From Phoronis australis (Eukaryota; Animalia; Phoronida): a stretch of 64,000 nt of DNA. Both the position numbers and the translations under genes were made by a program. Shown here piece after piece: positions 1 to 12,300 of this stretch. Under the pieces are notes generated by a model, which was not told the origin of the DNA, did no database searches, and worked only from the letters and a program-made list of their open reading frames with translations. The first letter of the stretch is position 1. Every line of letters begins with the position of its first letter. The DNA lies in the NCBI GenBank assembly GCA_002633005.1, contig NMRA01000032.1, positions 228,911 to 292,910 of the forward strand. The letters are read 5' to 3'.

Positions 1-278
1 TTCATGAGGTGGAGGAGCTTGAGAAAGAGTGTCTAGCTTGTAGGAAATCGGAAGTGATTCGTTCATTGCCTGATTTATTGTTGAGTGGATACAATACTAG
101 CATTGACGTAAACGTGCCTACTAACACATGTGCTTTAGATGTTCCTTGGTCTAGAACTTCTGAGAATTGGATAAATTTGCGTGCAATGTGCTTTTATACT
201 TTACAAAATTTTGAAGGAATCCTGAAATGGCTCCAATCAAGCAGAAATTGGCTTACTCAAGCGGCAAAGCCGCTTTGA

Positions 279-711
279 TTAAAGAGTTGAATGGAGTTCA
301 GAAAGAGATGCAAGCGTGTGACGAAGACGAATTGACGGAAGGATGTATTCTTGAGAAATGTATGGAACAAATGTCAGCCAGTCAATGAACTTTTTCGTTG
401 TTAGTTCCAGTTTACTTCCGTTTTTGTAATAATACCATAAATTGCTGTCAACTTTTTGATCTGGTGATCGGAAACGAATTTTCGATGAATTATTGAGTTC
501 TAAGATCTGCTTGAATAGAGTGATGTCATGGTTTTGAAGTTGCTGTTTTTGTTTGTTGACCACGAAGTTCAAGATTTGTGTGGGGATGGAACTGGGGATG
601 ATTTCCATTTATTTTGTGTGCCTTGACACAATCGTTTAAAAGCATGAATTGACCTATCGCAAGCTCCGCCTTCTTGCGAAAAGTCGACAAACAATAAGTT
701 TTACCCGACAA
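279..711 (-). other. Possible decayed coding fragment (overlapping ORFs in different frames); origin unknown, perhaps transposon-derived
   Basis: ORFs 526-711 and 279-608 overlap; no recognisable motif. Confidence 0.2.
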
Positions 712-2608
712 CGTGTTGTTTGTCGGGTAAATGGCGGCTTAGAAACGAAGGTGTGTCAAGAATGCTGCAGTCTGATATGTCAATTAATTCGTCACACAAA
801 ATCCTGGCGTTAGGTATATTGCAATCCATTTTATCTGATCACGCCACAGGTAGAATTTAACGTGTAATAGCGCCATAAAAATGATTTGGAGAGGTTTACC
901 TCAAATATTAATTTCTTAGGGCGTAGCACCGGCAATAATCCTAGCTACGTCGTTGACACTGGTATGATCTGTTATTGCTGCAGTCGCATGTTTTCAAGAC
1001 ATATATCAACTTCTAATTAATCGGAATGTCGAGTGTTACTTCACAATGAACGAGAAGCCAGGTTAATCATCCTTTGACACTGCTACTTTTCGCAGTACTG
1101 GGGATGAATGGGTTTCTTCAACTTACCCAATTTCAGTGGTTCATAAAACGATCTCTGTGTGCAGATTAAAGAAATGTACTGTAGGAACTGTGTAAACTTT
1201 GTTCAGTTGTTCAGATTTTGATAAACGGAGAACATCATATTACAATATTGAACATTTGTTTGTCAAATGGCAACAGTTGTTCATACCCTAGATCTTATCT
1301 TTCAGCTACACACGTGCGTAAAGCAAAATTCACGAAACACATACTTTAGCAACACGTGTATTTTACTACTGAAAATGGTCTCTTAGCGTAATTCCACTCC
1401 CACTGATCTCAGAAATTTCTGCGTTTTGGTCGACAATATATATAACACGAGCTTTGTCGTTTTCCTATTTCACGCGCTGTGCAGATCCAAAATGTTAACG
1501 ACTGCATAGTGACGGTTTGGAGGGAACGTTTTTGCGGATCCAAGTTGTCGAAATTTGCTCATCCAACACAGCTTCTGCGTGTGGCAATTTAGGTTTGCAC
1601 GGAGCCCATTTCGCGATGAAACGCCGCTAGTCGTAGCCCGGTTTAGCAAACACCACCAAACGTATGTTTGCAGCAACACCAAACCACACTATTCGTGCGC
1701 TAACTTTGGTCATACAGAAATCGCAATCTTCAAACTGGCAGTCGAAGCAATCAACGAATTATATTCGGTCTATTCTTTTATCATATAGTTCGGAATGCCA
1801 ACTCGACCCATAATGTGAACTAAAACAATTATGGTTTCTAAGATAGTTCTGAATGAGGCTTTAGGCCGCGGACAAATGAAAATACAGAAAATTCAAGTTT
1901 CCTGATTAAAATGCTCAATCGGTGCCGTTTGACAGGAATTTTAATTTAAAAATGTGCGAAGTTGACACACGAAATTTAGCCTAGGCAACACTTCAACAAC
2001 GCTCTATTCTTTTCTATTGAAATCGATTTTAGTACACTGCCCTTGCTTCTATTTTCGCAAAAATCAGCGGAGCCTGTGAACGAGGCCTCTATAGGGCCAC
2101 ATTAACGGGTGCTGATGGAATCACGAGGGGAATTCCGTCTTCTACTTTTTAAAACCTAAAAGTCCATCGTACACGAGATGAACCTCCACAATGCGTGTGA
2201 ATACCTAAAACCCGATTGCGTTCCTATAAGTCATTGACTTTTTGTAATACGGTTTATTTGTCATGCTTCTGATTATGGTAGTGGTCGATAATTTCGATTT
2301 TGTCGACACCTTTTGACCGTGTCGGTCTTTACGTCTCGTCAGCACCGACATTCTCGGTTTTACACGGAAAACATCTAATGTGAAACCTGTTTCGAAACTG
2401 TAGCTTATGCGGGAACGGTATGCAAAACGATTGTTTTATCGATCAATGCGGTATACACCGTGAACACCGAAGCGACTTTTCAAAGGAAATTATGCCTAAA
2501 GGAGTGGAAACGTGTCTCATTTGTGCTAGTCAGAACGCGCACAACCGTTCATTGGAAGGGAACAGAAATTGCACCTAAGACTTAAATTAATTTTGCGCAC
2601 TAGTAAGA

Positions 2609-2951
2609 ATGAAATCTACGGGTGTGTCTGGTGCAGACTTTCTTATAACTTTGTGCTTTTTCTTGAGACTTGTAGCGGCTATGAAATTCACGGGTGAACC
2701 TTTTTCGTTTGGAATTTTTTGCAAGTTGGAAAACACGCGTTTGGTTAAACGGCGCATTGAAACACTCCGCACGCCGTCAGTTAGTGACTGCGCCTTTGCT
2801 TGCATTGATACTGTCAATTGCTTGTCTTACAATTTCGCGTATCCTGGTGATATTTGCGAGTTGAATAATGGCACAGGCGACCCGTTGGTGACACAAGTTG
2901 GTTTCAGTTACTTTGCTGTGTGTTCCAGAGCATCTGCGGATTCGACGAGAG
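2609..2951 (+). CDS. PAN-CTLD gene exon 1 (signal peptide + PAN/apple domain)
   Basis: ATG at 2609, donor G|gtaggt after 2951. Confidence 0.8.
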
Positions 2952-4970
2952 GTAGGTGAAGCTTCCATGTATTTAGTGGGATGTCTTACAACTATGATCG
3001 AAGAGTTATGCCTACATGTCTTTCGAGCGATCAATTGTTTGCTTGCGGCGACATTGTGTAAGCCTATACCGACCGTTGCTAAAGTAAACTCTGTGAGTTA
3101 CATTAGAAATTGGCGCTCTCATTCATTGGCGCCAATCTTCCAAGTTAAAAGCAGGAATCGACTAAAAAATTCCCCATGTCACAGATTGGAGATTGAAGGC
3201 CTTGTTGGGTGTTTTTTCCCAACGTTCCCTTGTAATTCCCTACAAGCGTTGGTCCAGCTTGCTTGCCAAAGTTCAGCAGACTTTGAAGAGAGTTTTCGAA
3301 ATTTCCTCCAAACCTTTGACATGGGCGGCGCACCATAGGGGGCTGTTGGGGGGGGGGGGGGTTGGGCTATAGCCCCCAACTTTTTTCAGTGCTACGCCGC
3401 ACATGGTCTATAGGCGGTGCACCACAGGGGGGCTAAAAGGGCTTTAGCCCCCCAACTTTTTTCAGTGCTGCGCCGCCCATGTAATTGAGGGTTGTCGAGC
3501 GTTGCACAACATTATATTGATTCAGAGAACTGGATAGGAAAGTCGTTTTTAGTATATGTAAATAGGTCAAAACGGGTTTGATGCCCTTTTAAGTATAGAG
3601 ATCACAGGCCAAAAATTCCCAGACGCGTTCATGTAAACTGGCAAAAAATGCTTCCTAATATATGATTACGATTCATTTTCTTTGGTTGGAAATTATAGGA
3701 GCAAGAACACAGGTGGTGCGCTGTGAGTAGTTCAGGAACAAACTTCTGGTGGATGAGGTGAACCTGAACTGCAAGTGGGTGGATTCCTTGAGCGAACCTC
3801 AATGGGGGAGGGGGGGGGGTGCGTTCGTCTCATCCCTGGTTGGCTATACGACCATGAATACTGATATCAAAGTTAACTATACGAACAATAATAACAAATA
3901 CATAAATAACTAAAATTAAAACACTCTAACGAACAAGCACTTGGCGAAATGAACAAAATGAAAAAGATATCAGCCACAAAAGTAATTGTTTCAGGGTCAA
4001 CAAGACATTTGTTTTCAAATTGAATGTCGCTTCCAGAGTCACCAATTACGAATCGCCGTTTACTTATTGATTCTTAATGATAAGCCGTGTGGTTATTTCA
4101 GCGTTTAAATGCCCTGTCGATGATTGGGACAACGATTCAAACAATTGGTGCCTTCGCTTATACGTCGACCCGAATGCCCAGAATATGTCTGAATGGAGCG
4201 AGGCACAGATGCTGTGCCTCCGCGATGCCCAACCGGGCCTGGCGTGTCCCAGTACAAAGGAACGATACGACATTCTTACGGAGTTCTTGACAATCCAAGG
4301 TAAGAGCCGGATTGTTAAATATGTATCCAATGCCATCCACTTCATGTTTGAAAGTAATATGTATGTTTTGTAGGCCCTATTTCTTTAAGAATGATGGTAT
4401 CACACAAAAAATAAGTTGGCACATGCCACGTCCGAAATTCCGATTACCGTAACCATTCGGGTGTAAGCCCACCCGCTGCCAGCGGACAAATCTCCACACA
4501 TTAGCATTTTACATAAGTTATGTCCCAGTATTTCCCCACAACGACGAGGCTTCAGGGCCGCCACAATTAAAAATTTTCCACTGAATCTCCAAAACAGTTC
4601 TAAATATGTCTTCGCGAACCAATTTTAATCAATTACGCTACATGTCGAATTAGCCAAAATTGATGGATGCTGGAGTTCTTTAACTCCATCCTCATATACC
4701 AATGAACAATTTACCTGGAACACTGGCTCTGGTTTAACAACGCTTCTTTTGTTTATAGGCGTAAAAACCACGCCATGGATAGGACTGTTTTACAACAGTT
4801 CGAGTTCTTCATGGGAATGGACAAACGGCGATCCCTATACGTTCAGTCTCTGGGAGAACACAACGTCAGGAGATCCAAGACATGGCACGTGCGCTACCAT
4901 AGAGGTGAACAAAGGTTTTCGGGTAGTGGATTGCCAGAGTTTGCAGTACAGAATATGTAGTGTAGAATAG
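2609..4970 (+). CDS. Secreted PAN/apple-domain + C-type lectin-like domain protein, 3 exons (2609-2951, 4102-4299, 4759-4970), 250 aa
   Basis: Hydrophobic N-terminus; CAFAC..CLSYNF..CELN PAN motif; CP..W..WC, WSEAQMLC, WIGL, WEWTNG, CATI, C..C lectin-fold pattern. Two phase-1 GT-AG introns join into a 753-nt open frame. Confidence 0.85.
3320..3481. mobile_element. Tandem pair of short G/C-run MITE-like elements in intron 1 of the lectin gene
   Basis: Outer inverted repeat catgggcggcgca / tgcgccgcccatg; the internal unit ggcggcgcacca..ggg..agcccccaactttttt cagtgct occurs twice. Confidence 0.65.
4102..4299 (+). CDS. PAN-CTLD gene exon 2 (N-half of C-type lectin domain)
   Basis: tttcag acceptor, G|gtaaga donor; FKCPVDDW..WSEAQMLC. 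Confidence 0.85.
4759..4970 (+). CDS. PAN-CTLD gene exon 3 (C-half of C-type lectin domain, stop)
   Basis: Pyrimidine-rich ..ttatag acceptor; PWIGL..WEWTNG..CATI..DC..IC, TAG. Confidence 0.87.
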
Positions 4971-6213
4971 AAAAATATCATGGGCCTATTCAAAATTCTG
5001 TGATGGAGGATCAGATTCGTGTTCTATGTGCGACCTGACTATGGTACACTAGAGTAGATTTCTTGGCTTTTGAGTGACTGTTGTAGATATTCTTCTGAAT
5101 TATCATAAGTGTTTATTTCTGTCATAATTAGTTCTTACAGTACTGCTGTAATTCATTCGTGACTTCTAATTGGCTGGTTTATTACTGTCGACCTTAATTT
5201 CATCACACTGGTACCCTTTTTGACTATACCCCGCACCACCACGTGGTTTTAGTTTTACATATATCATAACCAAAAATGCCTGTCCATGTCCAAGAAGGAG
5301 AATGGAAACTACTTGGCTTAAATTGATGCACTTATTTATTTTCATTCTGTATAAAACATTCCAAACAATTAATATCACAATCGGGAAGACAAGCAATCCA
5401 AGGGAACACCTAAACAATGGAAAACCATTTTGTTACTATGTAGGCCAAATCTACGCCATTTATCCCCTTAATGTCGTTAAGGTTGCACACAAACACACAA
5501 ACAATTTGTAAACACAAAGGTAGAATTTGTGGTAACGTTCATTTTAATGAACTTACTGCAAAAACTTGACCGTGAAAATCTTGTAGCACCATTATCCTAA
5601 ATCCTCATCTTTTTTACATGTATATTAGTTCAAAACTCTTAGTTGTAAAGTGACCTAAGAATTGTTGAAAAAGGAACAAAGTGTACAATTGAGCACTAGA
5701 GATGTAACGTTCAGAATTTCCGTCACCATGTGACGTTTGTTAAATAATATCTCACTGAACAGTTTGAACATAATCACTAGTATCAATAAAAATAGATTCA
5801 ACCTGAACACGTGTTTTCACACCGAGATTCTAACAAGTTGCATAGTTAATCCACTAACACACAAACCGTGCAGGTGAATGCCAACTAACTTAACACGGAT
5901 TCTGCTCCTCTTCACTATGCACTCACTCAATAGAGTCTTGCAGCTACATTAAAATTCGCACAAGTCGGATAAAAAGCAGACAGAGATTTTGTGCAAGGAA
6001 GACAAAATCTGACTTTCATCTGCAGAGCCGAGTGCATGACGTTGGAGAACCATATCGCATGCCTCGGCTCGAATTAAACGAAATCCAAGTTAAGTGCGTC
6101 TGGCTAGTGCATTCGCTGGCCAGTTTCAGAAAACTGCTAATTTAAAAATCTATTATATAACTAACTCTCCACCATATGAGTATTTAGTCTGCATTGTACA
6201 AGTTGTTTCTCAA

Positions 6214-6315
6214 TTATTCAGAGACTCCAGCGTCTTCGTTTTGTTTACGGAAACAGTCTCCAACAGGGAAGAAGTTCCAACAGCGTTTCTGATACAGCTC
6301 CCATACATAAGTTTC
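6214..6315 (-). CDS. RyR: RyR terminal coding exon
   Basis: [36 protein letters not shown]. Confidence 0.95.
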   Translation of the reverse strand, partial: ETYVWELYQKRCWNFFPVGDCFRKQNEDAGVSE

Positions 6316-9300
6316 CTGTAAAGTGAGGCAGTAAACAACATTAGTATAATGTTTAAATACACACATACACGCATAAATGTATAATCACACACATGTGGGT
6401 GATTTTGTAGGTAAACAAATGATAAAATGTCATTGCCAACAAAAACAATTGGCAAACATATCGCTACGAACCTTGGTGAATGAAAACCTAATAGCATAGC
6501 AGTGACTAGTCATTTAACTTCAGAAAACAAATTGGCAGTTTACTGCAGATGTAACATTTTCACCAAAAAAAAAACACAAAAATGGTTGCAAAAGAACTTG
6601 TCCTTACCTGCCCAGTGTATTCCGTGTCTGGTTTATTGATCAAGTGCATTAAAAAGAACATGTAGTTAGCAAAGTTGTGTTCATTCATCACATGTTTCTC
6701 AAACCCATGCGGCACTGCATCAAAGTACTCCTTGCCAATACCACAGATGAAACACTTGGACTGCAAGAAAACACAATCATCTATAATACATGATTTTGAG
6801 TAGCAAGCTCCACGTAGGCGAGGCTGGGCAGTTATTGGTGTAGTTTTAAACCACCCCGAGTATCCAAACAGTTACCATGTATCACTGTAGACAGACATGT
6901 CCCTCTTCTAAAAAATGACCATTAGGCAGTACATCTCATTTTCCAATTTGCAACAGTATGAATGCTTCTTACTGGTTAGGATTACAATAGGCACTTAACC
7001 ACAGTGACTGGAATTTTAAAAGCGATTTCTTTTGTTTGGAGATTCGGGAACAGAACTGAGTGTCAGCAGTCATGGCAACCCATTTTAAGAAGTGCAAACT
7101 ATTGAAACTAAACCATACTTGAAAATTGAACTTTTTCACTCTTTCAAAAGCAATTAATTGAAAATCGATTAACTACAACAGAAGAGAAAATGTACATTGC
7201 AATTCTAGCTGTCCCTTTGTTGATATGTTCCAAGTTATATTGTGTAACCTTCTTGAGCAACACAGTGGGGCGATTTTTCTTGAGTACACGCCATCTCCAC
7301 AAATATGGCACTTATCGGAATGATCTTGACACCCCCAAAAATGTACCAAATATTGAGCGTGAGAGCACGTCATGACATTTTTGGGCCAAATTGTCGAAGC
7401 TACGATTTGTCCGTCATGCGTTGTGTGATGCAATAGGCAGTCATCCTTTAGTAAATGATTATTTCCTGGTTAATTTAGGTATTTCATAAGTTCAAACATA
7501 TGATTTTCTACGTTTAACAGAGTAAGCAAACAGCAACAATAGAATGTCAAAGGGGAGAACGCTCATTCATTACTACGGTAGCCACATCTTGAAGTACTAC
7601 AGCGACTCTGATTCTGAGGTATTTATCCACAATGCCGTCTGTCAGTAAGGCACCTACATACAGCATACAGCTGCTGTAATTATCAGTATTTGTCAAGGAC
7701 ATTTATTTTGAATTCGTCATTCTAATACCGAGTGATTTTCACTACTGACAACAAAAATGCAATGCGGGCTGCAGTGTACTGCACTTTTATTATTTATCTT
7801 TGCTCAGAAACATTTAGCGGCCTAATAACCTTTCGAAAACTAGGTCAATGAAGCAATGTGTTGCCATACCCCTGCGTAACAGGAGAGTTGAATTTGGGAA
7901 GTACATGTTAGATTGAGTATATCAGAATCCATGAAAAACTACAAGGTTAATGTCTTATGACAATTTTGGCTATCGCTTTAAATGAAATCGGAAAAGAATT
8001 ACAGTGTGTTACCATATAAACATTACCCACATATTCAACGTCTAATATATCATTTATAAGCAAACTGCTATGACCAGTATGTACTGTTATAATATAAACA
8101 TTACCTCCATATCTTCAACTACTTGTTGTAACTGATCTCTCAATTCACCAAATGCATCGATGATCAGACCTGAAAGTTGGACAAATAGGTTAACAATTCA
8201 AGTTTGTTCGAAATTTCAATGCCTACACAAATTGACGTAAAGTTATACTGATTAGTCTACACAAACACAGATCCAGGGCCCAATGTCTAATCCCCAAGCT
8301 TGAACCTGAAGAACTTAAATATTAGTCTTGACATTTTTTCTGCTCCACTTTAAGCTTAGTAATACATAGAAAAATTTTTACACTTAATGACCCCACAATC
8401 GTCCTCGCCTAGTGAACATTCCCTTTCGTTGTTTTCTTTAACCTTCTTACCTTGAATAATGGCGAGAAGAATGACAATGACGAAGAAGAAGAAAGTGATG
8501 TCAAACAGAATACGGACGAACTCTGTTGGGTCGCCGTCTGGAGCTTCAATGGCATCACCAATACCACCGCCTTGTCTGACGCCAATATACAGATGGAACA
8601 CAAAACACTGCAATAAACAAATACATTCTGGATCACGCATAACCTTGTAAACAAGGTTCTGATTGGTTGAGCAAAACCAAAGTTTCGTAGTTGTGCTAAT
8701 ACCAAAAGAATTATTAACATTTTTCAACCTGCTTACGTGGCAACATGTATTTTATTGTTTGCATTAGTAAGTTTTTAATTAGTGATATTGAATAACACGT
8801 AGCACCTAATTTTGAATTTTTCTGACATCGTACAATTGTCCATGTTACGTTTAGGCACTTTAAATGGAAAGCCGTAGAATTGATTCCTGTCAATGTAACT
8901 GTGATCTCCACTACAAATTTCTTTCAGTGGTATTATGGTCAATATGTTACAAAATATCAACTGGTCACAAGGGCAATGTCGGATTATACGAAGTGCGGGA
9001 GAGCAATGTTGCCCTTTTCTGATAGGACTGGTCTGTTTTATCATACAATCACTGATATTTATTTCCTCAGATTTCCAAGTCCGTTTAATTGACACATATT
9101 TTTACTTCCTCAATGTAATACCATAACGTTCTCACAGTCAGGAGCCGATACTTTTAGCATTATGTAATTGGTCACATCACACATAGCAACAGATGTGACC
9201 CCACACATAGCAACAGATGTGACCCCACACATAGCAACAGATGTGACCCCACATCTAGCAATAGATGTGACCCCACACATAGCAACAGATGTGACCCCAC

Positions 9301-12300
9301 ACATAGCAACAGATGTGACCCCACACATAGCAACAGATGTGACCCCACACATAGCAACAGATGTGACCCTGCACATAGCAACAGATGTGACCCTGCTCAG
9401 GTGTGAATTTAACGTGTTTCAGCCAATCTGAGGGCAGAAATAGCAGTAGTTGATAATATATAATTCACTCGTGCATGTTAACCACCTGAATACAAAATGT
9501 ACTGATTTTGCATTCAATTCATGTTTTATATTCAATTTTAAAGAGTTAAGACACTTAAAGATGCAGTAAGCCCACCTCCATCAAAAATGATATTTGATTC
9601 TGATTACTTACAAACAGCCAGTTATTACAACTCAAGACCACACTCAATAGACTTGTGACAGCTGGTCACTTTATGACCCAATCATGTACTGGACCAATAC
9701 AAACTTGCCGGAATTCTTTCCAAGCACACAGATCACTTCCCATCTGAGTAGCAAACACATTGAGGTCAGACATGCATTCTGCAGATCACGTGCATCGCTT
9801 GTAATACATGGCGATCCCTCGTGAAATCTTGCATGATCTTGAGTTTGTGCTAAGTTTTCATGTCAGCGAACGCACGCTATCTTTATAGCAAATGGTCTAA
9901 ATCAAAAGTTTGTCTTTATTCTACACAAGACAAGTATACATTAGCTTCATTTTCATCTCCACCTACATCTAAACCAATACGAACTCGGTTCACCCACCGT
10001 TAACATGTCATTGCACTTATAGACTTGCTCCTCTTCACCACCCTCTTGCACGTAGAACTTCCTGAAGAAGTTGAACGCGATCACCGTGTAGATGTAGACG
10101 ACGATACTGGTCAACATGAAGGTCAGTATCAGCTGCTTGCCGTTGTGAGTGACAGACTGGAGGATGGTGCCAAGTGACTTGATGCAGAAGGCCACGTCCA
10201 TGAGATGGGCGGCGAAGAAGAAATAGTTGTAGTTACCCAGGCAGGAGAAGACGAAGTACCAGGCGATGTAGAGGAAGGACTGGAATGGGAAAATACCTAG
10301 TTATGTACCAAACAAGGTAACAGTCAATTGAGAACCAGTTATCTCTACTAAATAAAAAGCATCAAACTGGTTCTCAAAATCCGGTACCCCTGTAAGTGAC
10401 TACAGCCCCAAACAGGACTCTATTCTACACTAGCTGCATAGCAAAGAATTGCTGAAAGATGAGTATATTAACGCATTCAATACCTGTTCCACTCATGTAA
10501 AAAATTTTCATATAAAATGGACAATTTGGACAGATAAGAGTATCACTGCTCATTGTAAGACAACTCAGCCCACCAAAGTGGGGACAGTCAACCAAATTCC
10601 TATTGTTCCCAATTGCTAAAGAATAATTTGATGAGACAACAGGATTTTGGATGCTCATCAGAGGCCAACTGGCATGATACCTAGTTACAGTAGATAGGTG
10701 ACTACCATGGCACTGCCACACAACAGACGCCCTTCCTTCTAATGAACAACAATATTCATGAAGATGGTAAATGCCAACCCCAAGAACAGTTGAGAGTAAT
10801 CAAGATAAAAGATTGACATTCAGAGGCTGAAAACAATCTCTTCAGAAGAACATAATTATGGAAATATGGCAGTATAGAATTTTCACCAGACTTATCATTA
10901 CAGATGGATAGAAATAATATGCCTGTTGAAAGAATAAGCATGAAAGTTTAATGACAAAGACAGTTAATTCACTAAATTTGCCAATAGGCTTTCTATGTCC
11001 TTGATAATTGAGCAACTTTTCGAAGAGCTTCCTTGAAAATTACCAGCTTTCAAAATCTTTATCAACCAATAACATTCCTTCATTATGTGAGTGAAAAGGA
11101 ATCAATTGATACATGTACTTGTATTTCCATATTCATGTAATTCACCCTGTGTTAACAAACTCTTTAAAACCACCGGTAATTGAAAGCTCCCTCATTACAG
11201 AACAAAAAATAAAACTTACATTGTCTGTAAAAATAACACCCCACTTCCAAACTTCATATTGCCAGTCAATATTCTCTAAGCTGTAAAATGAAAAATCTAT
11301 AGTTCGCTAACCCAATGCAAACCTGAAAAAAACCTGCAAAATGCTACAACTCGAGCTTTATTACATTACAATAACTACCACAATTTTTCCATTATTTCAC
11401 AGAAAAATAACAGCCAAAATTGTCACTTTCAGTATTTTCAAAACCTGATTAGATTTAAACAGGAAAGAACTTAGGTCAACTTGACAAAATGTTGTTTCGT
11501 GACATTTCCATCGCATAAACAAAGCTGATAACAGGTTAAAATATCTTAATTTCCATTTTTCTTTGAGAAATTTCACAAAATAAAATTTCACATGTCAGCC
11601 AAAGTACGCGCTAAATGCTGTCAGATGCAAACTAGAAAAATTTTAAAAACTGTAACTCTGCGATTAAAATTTGATGTGAGAGCAAAAAAATGAAATAAGC
11701 TAACTCGTGCAATGGTGTTTATTACTCTTGAAGATCTTTAGGTCCCTGTGAATCTAATATCGTAAACTGTTCAGCCAATGTGGGAGAGCATGACTAACGC
11801 TGACAAAGATTTTTTGTGCGATTATAAACAAGATAGCAAAGATACAGACAGCATGAAATCACTTGACAACACTTACAATTCAGGGAGCAGTCCCGATGAC
11901 TTCTTTTTCACTTCAGGCTCAAACTTGAGGCTGTTAGTTTTGTCCATGCCCAGAAGGTTACTTATTTCATCATATTCAAACTGCTCTGAGAACTTGTTCC
12001 GCACCTATCAGATAGGAAAGTTAGTGTTATGTGTAGCTGGTGATGATAAGGCGGAAAGTCGTTAAAAGAATGCTGTTCAGACCTTCGGGTTAAGTACTTA
12101 AGTGATCGTTTTTGTCATTCTCCCACGACATCTAAATTTGATTCTCTCATGAGAACTCCGGATAGCCTACTTATCAAATTCGTCCATCAAGCTCTCAAGC
12201 GTCACAATTTATTATCCAGTTTGTAATGCACATGACAATGTTCTGTCTTGTACATGTTATACCTTGGGCCTATTACCATATGTGTATATTTCAATAAATC

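Noticed and set aside
2898-3338. 146-aa ORF overlapping the lectin gene
   Set aside because: Mostly intronic, no ATG start, no motif; the spliced three-exon model explains the region.
9110-9431. Repetitive ORFs on both strands (MCGVTSVA / PHIATDVT) or a CRISPR-like array
   Set aside because: Contiguous 24-bp minisatellite with no spacers; the ORFs arise because the unit is a stop-free multiple of three inside an intron.
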